A DNA stretch of 64,000 nt, taken from the NCBI GenBank assembly GCA_963847705.1, contig CAWKBC010000044.1:1-64000 (forward strand). Reading direction: 5' to 3'. The translations under genes were made by a program, and so were the position numbers. Positions 39,452-48,750 of this stretch are shown here, in pieces (within the stretch, counting starts at the first letter, position 1; the number at the start of each line of letters is the position of its first letter). This DNA comes from an uncultured Pseudomonadota bacterium. Its GTDB lineage: Bacteria; Myxococcota_A; Polyangia; Fen-1088. The notes under the pieces were generated by a model. The model did no database searches. It was given only the letters and a program-made list of their open reading frames with translations, and had not been told where the DNA came from.

Positions 39452-41131
39452 CTACGGCGCGCCGTCGACCAGCACGAGGGTCGGGGTCTCGCTGACGTTC
39501 ACGGTGACGGCGTGGTCGCTCACCGCCGCCGGCGTGGCGGTGCCGCTGGCCGACCCCGCCGTCAGCGTCACCGTGGTCGCCGAGGAGATCGCTCCCGGCA
39601 ACGCCAGCGCGTAACCATTGCTCACCGAGCCGTCGCTCGTCGCCATCCAGAGCACGTACGCGCCCTGGTTGGCGGCCGCGTCGTAAAAGCGCGCGATGCT
39701 GAGGTTCGGCCTTCCCGAGGGAGCGGTCCCGGCGTAGCGCATGGTGCCGAGCCGCGCGCGCACCGTCGCCAGGTAGTACCAGGAGGTCTTGGGCTGCTCG
39801 TCACCTTTTTGCGTGAGCACACCGCTGGTCGAAAACTGCACGTCGTTGTCGGGGCAAGCGGACGCCGAGCCGGTGCAGTTGTCGCGCGAGACGAAGAGAA
39901 ACGCCCGGTCGATGCCCGACCCCATCAACGCCAGGAAGGTCCGCACCAGCCACTGCCCCTGCACCGCCTGCGCGTCGGCGCTGCCGATCGCCGGGGCGCG
40001 CAGGCGCGAGCCCGGATCGGTGTCGTATCCAAATTCGGTCAGCCAGACCTCCTTGCCGGGCAGGTGCTGATCGCGGTAGGCGACCACGCCGGCCAGCGCC
40101 GTGGCGATGCCGCACGGCTCGGGCGCGACGCCGGGGCGCGGGTTGGTGGTCCCGAACGGATCCGGGCCGAAGCAGTAGTCGTGCACGTTGAGGATGTCGG
40201 CGGGGAAGCTGCCGCCGCGGTGGGCGGCCGCCCAGGCCCGCATCCCGTCGAGGTAGGTGGTGACGTTGGTCAGCCAGTCCGACGAGGCGCCTGCCCCGGC
40301 CAGCCCGGCCAGCACCAGCTTGGCGGCCGGGTCGGCGCCCTTGATGCCGAACGTTCCGCCCAGCCGGCCTTGATCGCCGTCGTAGTCGGCGCTGGACATG
40401 GCCGCCGCCGCCGCCGGCGAGAACACCGGCGAGCCATCGGCGTTCACCCAGTTGGCGTCCGGCTCGTTGCCGTCTTCGTAGTAGCGCAGGAGCCCGAGCC
40501 CGGTGCGCGCGGCCTGGCCCGAAGCGAGCTTCAGGTTCGCGGTGGGGACCGCCTGCGCGCCGTAGCGGGCCGCGTACTGGTAGAGGAAGCTGGCGTGGGC
40601 GACGTAGGAGGCGGCCAGGGTCACGTCGGCGCCGGCGGAGACCGGCGGCATCGCGCTGCCGAGGAAGTCGACCGAGCCTTCGATGCAGGGAAACGGCGTC
40701 ACGCCCGCCTGACCGAGGGCCGTGTAGTAGGCGTCGAAATCCCAGGCGCCGGCGACGGCCGTGAATGACAATTGATTGTTGGGGTAGCCCGGATAGCCCG
40801 CCGCACCGTTGCCTTCGTTCCAGCTCCAGTCGTGGTACTCCCGCACGTTCCCCACGGCGGCGAGCTTGGCCGGGTCGTCGTCGATGAAGCCGTTGAGGCC
40901 GAGAAAATCCCCCACCAGCGGCCCTGTCGCCATGCTGCTGCCCGCGGTTCCGCCCGCTGCGGCGCCGCCCGCGCCGCCTACTGGCCCTGGTCCCGCACCC
41001 GCCTGACCGCCGGTGCCCGACGGGTGTCCGCCCGCCCCCCCTGCGCCTGCGCTTCCGTTTTGAGACCCCTGGCTGCAGGCGAGACCGACGACCAGGACCA
41101 GCCCGAGGATCGAAGATCGACAGAGCGCCAC
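39452..41131 (-). CDS. Clan GH-A glycoside hydrolase lipoprotein
   Basis: Lipobox LAC, Gly-rich linker, acid/base GNEPD, NVHDY, nucleophile WLTEFGYD. Confidence 0.8.
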   Translation of the reverse strand: MALCRSSILGLVLVVGLACSQGSQNGSAGAGGAGGHPSGTGGQAGAGPGPVGGAGGAAAGGTAGSSMATGPLVGDFLGLNGFIDDDPAKLAAVGNVREYHDWSWNEGNGAAGYPGYPNNQLSFTAVAGAWDFDAYYTALGQAGVTPFPCIEGSVDFLGSAMPPVSAGADVTLAASYVAHASFLYQYAARYGAQAVPTANLKLASGQAARTGLGLLRYYEDGNEPDANWVNADGSPVFSPAAAAAMSSADYDGDQGRLGGTFGIKGADPAAKLVLAGLAGAGASSDWLTNVTTYLDGMRAWAAAHRGGSFPADILNVHDYCFGPDPFGTTNPRPGVAPEPCGIATALAGVVAYRDQHLPGKEVWLTEFGYDTDPGSRLRAPAIGSADAQAVQGQWLVRTFLALMGSGIDRAFLFVSRDNCTGSASACPDNDVQFSTSGVLTQKGDEQPKTSWYYLATVRARLGTMRYAGTAPSGRPNLSIARFYDAAANQGAYVLWMATSDGSVSNGYALALPGAISSATTVTLTAGSASGTATPAAVSDHAVTVNVSETPTLVLVDGAP

Positions 41132-41135
41132 GCGC

Positions 41136-42383
41136 TCATCGTAACACGTCGGAAGCTTCGGATTTTCGAGCCGCACGCCTGCTCGCCCCGACGATCGCCG
41201 CCGACAGCGCGGCCAGCGCCAAGGCGATCGCGGCGGCGCCACCGAAGAGGGGGCGCAAACCGAGACCGGCGCGATCCCGGAGCGGGGCGATTCCGAACGC
41301 GGCCAGACCGTATCCGGCTTGATAGCAGGCGATGAGATGGCCGGGCGACGCGTCCTGGCGGCCGAGGCTGATGGTGAGGGGGAGCAGTGCCGAGCAGCCG
41401 AGGCCCGCCAGACCGAAGGCCGCCGTCCCCAGCGCCGGCGCCGAGGAGGGGATGAACGCGGTGACGACGAAGGCGAGCGCGATCACCCAGGGGAGCAGAC
41501 GAAAGGTGCTGGGCCCGGAGACCCAACGCTCGATGGCGGCGAAGAACACCCGACCTGCGGTGGCGGCTGCCCAGAACAGGGTGAGCGCGACCGCCGCCAG
41601 TCCGGCCGGGGCGTCGAGCACGCCCTTCATGTAGAGGATCGCCCAGTTTCCGTTGAGCGTCTCGACGATCCCGTAGCAGAGCGCGAAGGCCGCGAAGAGC
41701 CAGAACCGGCGGGAGAGACGGCCCGGTGATTCCGCTCTGCCGGCGTGGCGATCGGAGTCGCGCCTCTCGGCGCCGAGGGGGAGCGAGACGGTCCAGAGGA
41801 TGAGGGCCGCCAGCAAACCCCCGACGGTGAGCGGCAGCCCCCACCAGATCCCGAAACCGACGAAGAGCGCGACGAAGACCGGCGCCAGCGCGGTCCCCAG
41901 CCCGAGCAGGGCGTTGAGCGCCAGCACCGCCACGTCGACCCGGCGCGGGAACAGCGAGCCGGCCAGCGTGTTCACCACCGGGATCGTCAGCCCGAAGCCG
42001 ATCCCCATGAGGGCCGTGGCGCCGAGCAGACAGGCGAACGCCGCCGCATGGTTCCCCAGCACGAACCGACTGGAGACGAGCAGCGCCATCGACGCCACAT
42101 CGGCGCCGAGGCCCAGCAGGAGGACGCGCTTTTCCCCCCACCGACGCGCGAATCGGCCGCCCAGCAGCGCGGCGGTCACCGCCAGGACGGTCTGCGGCGC
42201 GAACATGACTCCGTACTCGCTGTTCGAGAGGCCGTGCGCGTGCGGGTCGGTGAACACACCGCTGGCCGCGGGGAAGGTGACCAGCGCCAGCCCCTGCAGG
42301 AGGCCAGCCGTGTAGACCGCGCCAACCTGCTTCCAGCTCGGGGCGCTCGCCGCGCGGCTGGCGCCGGCCTCCACGATCGTCAC
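41136..42383 (-). CDS. MFS transporter, copy 2
   Basis: Paralog of 21349-22596 (shared QVGAVY..GLLQGLALVTFPAAS and WAILYMKGV). Confidence 0.88.
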   Translation of the reverse strand: MTIVEAGASRAASAPSWKQVGAVYTAGLLQGLALVTFPAASGVFTDPHAHGLSNSEYGVMFAPQTVLAVTAALLGGRFARRWGEKRVLLLGLGADVASMALLVSSRFVLGNHAAAFACLLGATALMGIGFGLTIPVVNTLAGSLFPRRVDVAVLALNALLGLGTALAPVFVALFVGFGIWWGLPLTVGGLLAALILWTVSLPLGAERRDSDRHAGRAESPGRLSRRFWLFAAFALCYGIVETLNGNWAILYMKGVLDAPAGLAAVALTLFWAAATAGRVFFAAIERWVSGPSTFRLLPWVIALAFVVTAFIPSSAPALGTAAFGLAGLGCSALLPLTISLGRQDASPGHLIACYQAGYGLAAFGIAPLRDRAGLGLRPLFGGAAAIALALAALSAAIVGASRRAARKSEASDVLR

Positions 42384-42390
42384 CCGCGCG

Positions 42391-43941
42391 TCACCCCAGG
42401 CGCTGGCGCAGGTGGTCCCCGACGCGCAGCGCGTTCGCCATCGCGGTCAGCCCGGGGTTCACGGCGCCGATGCTGGGGAAGAAGCTGGTGTCGACGACAT
42501 AGAGGTTGTCGAGCTCGTGCGCCTTGCAGTTGACGTCCAGCACCGACGTCCTGGGATCGGTGCCGAAGCGCGCGGTGCCGGCCTGGTGCGCGACCGCCGC
42601 GATCTCCATCTCGTTCTTCAGGTAGAGGTTCCGGGGGACCAGGTGCTCCGGGTGCATGCCGAGGTGCCCCAGCATCGACTTGAGTTGATCGGCGAGCTGC
42701 TTGGTCGGGACCTCGTTGGTCTTGGTGTAGCTGAGGCGGATGCTGCCGTCGCTCTCCAGCGTGACCCGGTTCTCGGGCCGCGGCAGATCCTCGGTGCAGA
42801 GCCAGAAGTCGACCCCGTGCTTGGCCAGCATCTCCAGCGACCACAGTGGCGCCAGCTTGGCGATGTGCTTCTCGCCCCGGAACATCGGCGCCTGTGACTT
42901 GCCGACCATCGAGATGTTGCCCAGCGGGTAATCCGTGTTGGGTCCCTTGAAATAGAAGTCGTTCACGCCCAGCGTCTTCTGATAGCGGGTCGGGTTCGGT
43001 TCCCTCGAGACCGCCATGACGACCTGGTTGTTGTGGCACATGTAGTTGCGGCCCACCTGATCCGATCCGTTGGCGAGGCCGCGCGGGTGCTTGTCGCTCG
43101 CGGAGGCGAGCAGCAGGCGGGCCGAGTTCGAGGCGCCGCACGAGACCACCACGATCTGGCCCCGGTAGCTCTCGACGGCTCCGTCGTGCTCGACCTCCAC
43201 CTCGGTCACCGCGGTGCCGGCCGCGTTGGTCTTGAGCCGCGTCGCGCGCGCGTTGGTGAGCAGCGTGACGTTGGGGAACGTCAGCGCCGGTCGGACCGCG
43301 ATCACCTCGGCGTCGGACTTGGCGTGGACCAGGCAGGGGAACCCGTCGCACTCCGCGCAACGAACGCAGGTCGAGAACGGCATGTTGTTCTCGGTCAGCA
43401 TGATCCCGCAGGGGGCGTGAAACGGCTGGTAGCCGGCCCGCGCCAGATCGTCGTGGAGCTGCTGGATGCGCGGCTCGTGCGAGACCGCCGGGTGCGGATA
43501 GGGGCCGCTGGCGGGCGGATCGATCGGATCCTCGCCGCGCGCGCCATGAACCTGATAGAGGTTCTCCGCCCGCATGTAGTAGGGCTCCATGTCGGAGTAG
43601 GAGATCGGCCAGGCGGGCGAGACGCCGTCCTGGTGCCGGAGCTCCCCGAAGTCGCGCTCGCGCAGGCGGTAAAGCTGGGCGCCGTACATCTTGGTCGCGC
43701 CCCCCACGTGGTAGTAGACGCCGGGCTGAAACGGCTTGCCCTCCTTGGTGTACCAGATGTCCTTCGAGACGTAGCGGTTCTCGACGAACACGTTTTCGGC
43801 GTCCCAGTTTTCCTTCTCGCGTGGCAGCCATCCGCCGCGCTCCAGGATGAGGATACGCTTCCCGAACGGCGCCAGCTCGAGCGCCAGCGTGCCGCCCCCG
43901 GCGCCGGTGCCGATGATGATCACATCGAAGGACTCAGCCAC
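42391..43941 (-). CDS. GMC-family FAD oxidoreductase, copy 2
   Basis: Close paralog of 19833-21383; CVRCAECDGFPC; GTG start at 43941. Confidence 0.92.
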   Translation of the reverse strand: MAESFDVIIIGTGAGGGTLALELAPFGKRILILERGGWLPREKENWDAENVFVENRYVSKDIWYTKEGKPFQPGVYYHVGGATKMYGAQLYRLRERDFGELRHQDGVSPAWPISYSDMEPYYMRAENLYQVHGARGEDPIDPPASGPYPHPAVSHEPRIQQLHDDLARAGYQPFHAPCGIMLTENNMPFSTCVRCAECDGFPCLVHAKSDAEVIAVRPALTFPNVTLLTNARATRLKTNAAGTAVTEVEVEHDGAVESYRGQIVVVSCGASNSARLLLASASDKHPRGLANGSDQVGRNYMCHNNQVVMAVSREPNPTRYQKTLGVNDFYFKGPNTDYPLGNISMVGKSQAPMFRGEKHIAKLAPLWSLEMLAKHGVDFWLCTEDLPRPENRVTLESDGSIRLSYTKTNEVPTKQLADQLKSMLGHLGMHPEHLVPRNLYLKNEMEIAAVAHQAGTARFGTDPRTSVLDVNCKAHELDNLYVVDTSFFPSIGAVNPGLTAMANALRVGDHLRQRLG

Positions 43942-45102
43942 GGGCCCCTGCCCTCGCCGCCGCCGCGGCAGTCCCGGTGCCCGTGGTGGCGCCAATCGGG
44001 GTCCCGAAGCGGATGACGTTCTTGATGCCGCCGTGGCCGGGCGAAAGGATGTCGGTGATCTGCTCGGGGGCGAAGTGCCCGGTGATGAGCTCTCGCACCG
44101 GCCCGGGCCAGCGCGCGTTGAATTTCCCCAGATCGCGGATCGACGCCTCGAACGCCGGCGGTCCGGCGTTGACGGTCCCGTAGAGGAGCTGATTCTCCAG
44201 CACCAGATCGCGCATGATGTGCTCGGCGTCGAGGGAGACGGGGGTCTTGTGGCCCGGAACGCCGGTGAAGATGAAGACGCCGTTCTTGCCGATCGCCGGG
44301 AGGGCGGCGAAGGCCAGGGCCGCCGAGCCGGTGGCCTCGTAGATGAGATCGACGTTGCCGACCTGCTTGCCGAGGTCGCCCACGGGAAGCTTGCCCGACT
44401 CGAGGTAGCGGGCGCCGATCTTGTTGACCCAGGCGGCGCGGGGGCTGCTGGCGCTCTCGCGCGAGTAGATCCAGGTGTCGAACCCCCGCACCAGGAGCGC
44501 CAGCGCGCCCAGCAGGCCGACCGGCCCCGCGCCCAGCACCACCGCGTTCAGTCCCCGTTTCTCTTCTCGGGCAGGGTTGACCCAGGGCATGCGGACCAGC
44601 ACGGACTCCAGCTCGATGAGGGCCTTCTCCGCGATGGTGAGCGGCTCGGTGAGGACCGCGATGTCCGCGATCTCCCGCGGCACGAGGTGCATGTTGTCCG
44701 CCAGGTCGACCACCTCGTCGGTCATGAAGCCGTGCCGCCGCATGATGCCGCGCTCGGTGTAAGCGCCGGTCACGCAGAAGTCCGGCCGGTTGTGCTGGCA
44801 GGGGCGGCACTCCGGTTTGCCGCAGGGGCGGCGCACCGTGGTCACCACCAGATCGCCCGGCTTGAGGTTCGACACCGCGCTGCCGACCTCGACGACCTCG
44901 CCGAGCGACTCGTGGCCCATCACCAGGTACGGCTCACCGGGGGGCGGGGCGCCGTACTCGAAGCGGGCGATCTCGTGGTCGGTCCCGCACACGCCGACCT
45001 CCAGCATGCGGATCCGCGCCTGATCGTCCCCTTCCAGCCGGGGGACGGACGATCGACCAGCCGAATCTTCTTCTCGGTCGGGAACATGGCAATTGCACGC
45101 AT
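43934..45102 (-). pseudogene. Glucose 1-dehydrogenase-like protein, copy 2, with a one-base deletion in a homopolymer near 45040
   Basis: MRAIAMFPTEKKIRLVDRPSP joins RLEGDDQARIRMLEVGVCGTD if the G5 run at 45040-45044 is G6. Confidence 0.85.
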
Positions 45103-45147
45103 GGATCCACCTCGTTGCCGGTTGGGTGTGTGGTTGTGGGAGCTTCG

Positions 45148-47163
45148 TTAAGCGGGGTGAGGCTTGAGACTTCGCCCGGCAACGACCGGGCCGACCACCC
45201 GCTCCTCGCGTTTGTGAAAGGCGGTCTCCTCGTGCGCGGCCAGGGCCACCAGAAAGCGCCCGTCGAGGAGCGCCGGAACGCGCTGGATCGCTTCGCCGAG
45301 CGCCTCCAGCCCCGCGAAGAACGGCAGGTCGGTCTTCTGCAAGTTGCGCTTGAGCCAATCGATGGGATCGCGCGCCTCGATCCAGTCCATCTCTTTCTTG
45401 TCGGCAAACAGCGCCCGCACCGGATCGGCGGTGGCGCTCACCGTCTGGATCAGACGTCCGTGGGCGAATCGTGGCGCGAGCTGCGCCGCCAGCTCCAGGC
45501 TCTGGCGACCGGGGCGCACCAGATTGTCCGGGTGCGCGACGATGAGGACCCGAGCGAAGTTGGCGACGTCGCCGTGCGCGATGACGGTCGGCACCGGCGA
45601 CCGCGCCAGCGCCTCGCTCTCCTCGCTGTCCGGCTGGATCCGGTCGCGCGCGTGCCATTCGTTGATCAGCAGCGTGGCCTTCTCGCCCAGGATCGTCTCC
45701 AGCAGACCCTCCGGAACGGTGGCGGCGACGCGAAACAACGTGCGCGATTCGAGCCCCTCCTTCGCCAGCCACTCCTCCGCCTCGGTGGTGAGACCACGCT
45801 GCGCGGCCTGCTCCGCCGGCGACGCCTCCGTGCGCGCGAAGCTGGCCGCCAGGACGATGCCCCCGTCGCTGGTGGCCAGCTTCCCGGCCAGGGCCAGCGC
45901 TGGTCGGGTCGAATCGCCCCAGACCGGGACCAGGACCGTCTTTCCCAGCGCCGCCGCCTCTTCGGTCACGGCGGTCACCCGCTTGCCGAAGTGGCTCACC
46001 AGCGCGGGGGTCACGACCAGCGACGCCAGGATGACCACCAACACCGCGTTGATCGTCTGCTTGTCGAACAGGCCCAGCTTGGCGCCGACCAGCGTGGTCG
46101 CCAGCGTGGCCGCCGCTTGTGAGCCGGAGAGGCCGGACATGACGCCCACCTCCGGCCAGGTGAAGTGGAAGGTCCGCCCGGCGATGACCGCGGCCAACGA
46201 CTTGCCGCCCAGGACCGCCACGGTGAAGATGAGCGCGATCCCCAGCGTCTTCGGATCGACCATCACCCTGGGCTCGAGCAGGATGCCGACCGAGACCAGG
46301 AAGATGGGGATGAAGAACGTGGAGCCCATGAACTGCAGCCGGTCCATGAGCGGGCTCTCTTCGGGGACCGCGCGATTGAGGCCGAGGCCCGCGAAGAAGG
46401 CGCCCACGATGCCGTCGATGCCGGCGGCCTCCGCCATGACCGCACCGACGAGAAACGCCGCGATGCCCAGGACGAACCGGTACGAGCGATCGGTCCCCAC
46501 GTGCGCGAAGAACCAGCGCGCCACGCGGGGCAAGGCGACCAGCGACCAGACGGCGAGCACCGCGAGACCGACGGCGATCCCCAGCAGCTGCAGGCCGAGC
46601 GCGCCGCCCGGCTTGACCGTCCCCGAGATCACCGACAACACCAGCAGGGCCGAGGTGTCCGTCACCGCGGTGGCGCCGACCACCGTCGCCACGGCGCGGT
46701 TGCGGGCCAGCCCCATCTGCCTGAGCAGCGGATAGGTGACCAGGGTGTGCGAGCCCCAGTTCGATCCCATCAGCACCGCCGCCGCCCAGTGGTAGTGGAG
46801 CAGCCGCGCGCTCACGATCCCGAGCGTGAAGGGGATGGCGAACGACAGCAGCGCGAAGGTGACGGCAGCCTTCTTCATCTTCATGAACAGCTTGAGGTCG
46901 AGCTCGAGGCCCGCGCTGAACATCAGATAGAGCAGGCCGAACTCACCGGTCGCCGAGAGCGCGATCTCCTTGGAGGCGAGGGCCCGCGTGCCATGCGGCC
47001 CCAGCGCCATTCCCGCCAGGACCAGGCCCACCATTGCGGGCAGCCGGAGGACCTCGGCGATCTTGGGCGCCAGAATCAGCGCCAGAACGAGGATCGCGTA
47101 CGCCAGGGTCGGACCGGCCGTGATCCGATGCAGGATGTCTTCGAGCAGGTCGACCGGATGAAT
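45148..47163 (-). CDS. CPA2 cation:proton antiporter with USP-like C-terminal domain (start uncertain)
   Basis: GLLYLMFSAGLELD, GATAVTD, GAFFAGL, GGK, many TM helices. AAGGAGG RBS precedes an in-frame ATT at 47163. Confidence 0.88.
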   Translation of the reverse strand: MHPVDLLEDILHRITAGPTLAYAILVLALILAPKIAEVLRLPAMVGLVLAGMALGPHGTRALASKEIALSATGEFGLLYLMFSAGLELDLKLFMKMKKAAVTFALLSFAIPFTLGIVSARLLHYHWAAAVLMGSNWGSHTLVTYPLLRQMGLARNRAVATVVGATAVTDTSALLVLSVISGTVKPGGALGLQLLGIAVGLAVLAVWSLVALPRVARWFFAHVGTDRSYRFVLGIAAFLVGAVMAEAAGIDGIVGAFFAGLGLNRAVPEESPLMDRLQFMGSTFFIPIFLVSVGILLEPRVMVDPKTLGIALIFTVAVLGGKSLAAVIAGRTFHFTWPEVGVMSGLSGSQAAATLATTLVGAKLGLFDKQTINAVLVVILASLVVTPALVSHFGKRVTAVTEEAAALGKTVLVPVWGDSTRPALALAGKLATSDGGIVLAASFARTEASPAEQAAQRGLTTEAEEWLAKEGLESRTLFRVAATVPEGLLETILGEKATLLINEWHARDRIQPDSEESEALARSPVPTVIAHGDVANFARVLIVAHPDNLVRPGRQSLELAAQLAPRFAHGRLIQTVSATADPVRALFADKKEMDWIEARDPIDWLKRNLQKTDLPFFAGLEALGEAIQRVPALLDGRFLVALAAHEETAFHKREERVVGPVVAGRSLKPHPA

Positions 47164-47325
47164 GACGGACCTCCTTGAGGGGGCTAGGCGTTCTGCAGTT
47201 TGTGGCCGGTCGGCCCAACTGCCATTCGCGCGATCTGGAATCAGTCGTCGCCGTACCGGTCGCCCCTTCGATTGCTGGCCATGTTGAGGCCTGACCGGCG
47301 CGACGCGGTCGAAGGAGAGATGTGC

Positions 47326-48750
47326 ATGCAGGCAGGCGCGGGCGACCTTTTGATCGGGGCGAGCAATCTGATCGCGGCGCGAAGTCAGATGGCCTTCACG
47401 CTGGGGTTCCACATCTTGCTGGTGCCGTTCGGCGTCTGCCTGCCGCTGTTCGCGCTCATCGCCAACGCTTACGGCCTCCGCCGCCAGGACGCGGCGGCGC
47501 TCCGGCTGGCGCGGCGCTGGTCCCACGCCATGGGGGTGACCTTCGCCGTCGGCGCGGTCACCGGGACGGTCCTCTCGTTCGAGCTCGGGGTCCTCTGGCC
47601 CGGGATGCTCGGTCGCTTCGGCGACGTGTTCGGGCTCCCCTTCGCCATCGAGGGGCTGGCCTTCTTTCTGGAGGCGATCTTCGTGGCGATCTACATCTTC
47701 GGGTGGGATCGGCTCCCGCCGCGCCTGCACCTCTGGCTCGGCGCTCCCCTCCCGCTGTTCGCGGCGCTGGGCGCCTTCTCCATCATCTCGGCGAACTCCT
47801 GGATGAACACGCCCCGCGGGTTTCAGCTCGACGCCGCGGGGAGACCCTTCGCCGTCGATCCCTGGGCCGCCATCTTCAACCCGGCGCTCCCGCACGAGCT
47901 CGCTCACTTCCTGCTGGCGGCGCTGCTCTGCGCCGGATTCGTCGTGGCCTCGATCTACGCGGTCGGCATGCTGAAGGGCCGTCGCGATCGCCTGCACCGG
48001 CTGGGGTTCCTCATCCCGTTCACGGTCGCCGCCGTCGCCACGCCGATGCAGATGATGGTGGGTGACCGCGCGGTCCGCGAGGTGGTCAAGCTGCAGCCGG
48101 TCAAGTTCGCCGCGATGGAGCTGCTCTCCCGGACCGCCACCCACGTCCCTGAGCGCCTGGGCGGACACATGAAGGACGGCGTTCCGACCGGCGGCCTGAA
48201 GGTGCCGGACCTGGCCTCGTTCCTCACTGGATTCCACGCCGACACCAGGATCGTCGGCCTCGACAGCGTGGCGCCCGCCGATCGCCCGCCCGCCACCATC
48301 GTCCACCTCTCCTTCGACGTGATGATCGCCGCCGCCAGCGGGCTGGCGCTGCTCTCGGTCTGGTTCGTCTTCGCCTGGTGGCGGCGGCGCGATCTCCCGG
48401 CGACGCCCTGGTTTCTGCGCGCCTGCGCGCTCGCGGGCGCGCTGTCGCTGGTGGCGATGGAGGCAGGGTGGATCACCACGGAGGTGGGACGCCAGCCCTG
48501 GGTGGTCTACGGTTTCCTGCGCACCGCGCAGGCGGTCACGCACGCCCGCGGCATCTGGGGGTCGTTCGCGGCCGTGGTCGCGATCTACGCGGTGGTCGGC
48601 ACCGGCCTGGTGCTGGTGCTGCGCGCCATGTCACGCCGCTGGCGCAAAGGGGAAGGCGACGCCCTGCCGGGGCCCTACGCGCCACGCGGTCCCATCGTTC
48701 TTCCCGCACAGGGCGCGGCCTCGGCGCTCGCCGCCAGGAGGTCGGCGTGA
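47326..48750 (+). CDS. cydA: Cytochrome bd quinol oxidase subunit I
   Basis: GFHILL (His), SFELG/AIEG/FFLE, ANSWMNTP, QPVKFAAME Q-loop motif, GWITTEVGRQPW. Confidence 0.95.
   Translation: MQAGAGDLLIGASNLIAARSQMAFTLGFHILLVPFGVCLPLFALIANAYGLRRQDAAALRLARRWSHAMGVTFAVGAVTGTVLSFELGVLWPGMLGRFGDVFGLPFAIEGLAFFLEAIFVAIYIFGWDRLPPRLHLWLGAPLPLFAALGAFSIISANSWMNTPRGFQLDAAGRPFAVDPWAAIFNPALPHELAHFLLAALLCAGFVVASIYAVGMLKGRRDRLHRLGFLIPFTVAAVATPMQMMVGDRAVREVVKLQPVKFAAMELLSRTATHVPERLGGHMKDGVPTGGLKVPDLASFLTGFHADTRIVGLDSVAPADRPPATIVHLSFDVMIAAASGLALLSVWFVFAWWRRRDLPATPWFLRACALAGALSLVAMEAGWITTEVGRQPWVVYGFLRTAQAVTHARGIWGSFAAVVAIYAVVGTGLVLVLRAMSRRWRKGEGDALPGPYAPRGPIVLPAQGAASALAARRSA

Noticed and set aside
45148-48543. 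1131-aa version of the antiporter
   Set aside because: The N-terminal 460 aa are antisense to cydA; the real gene starts near 47163.
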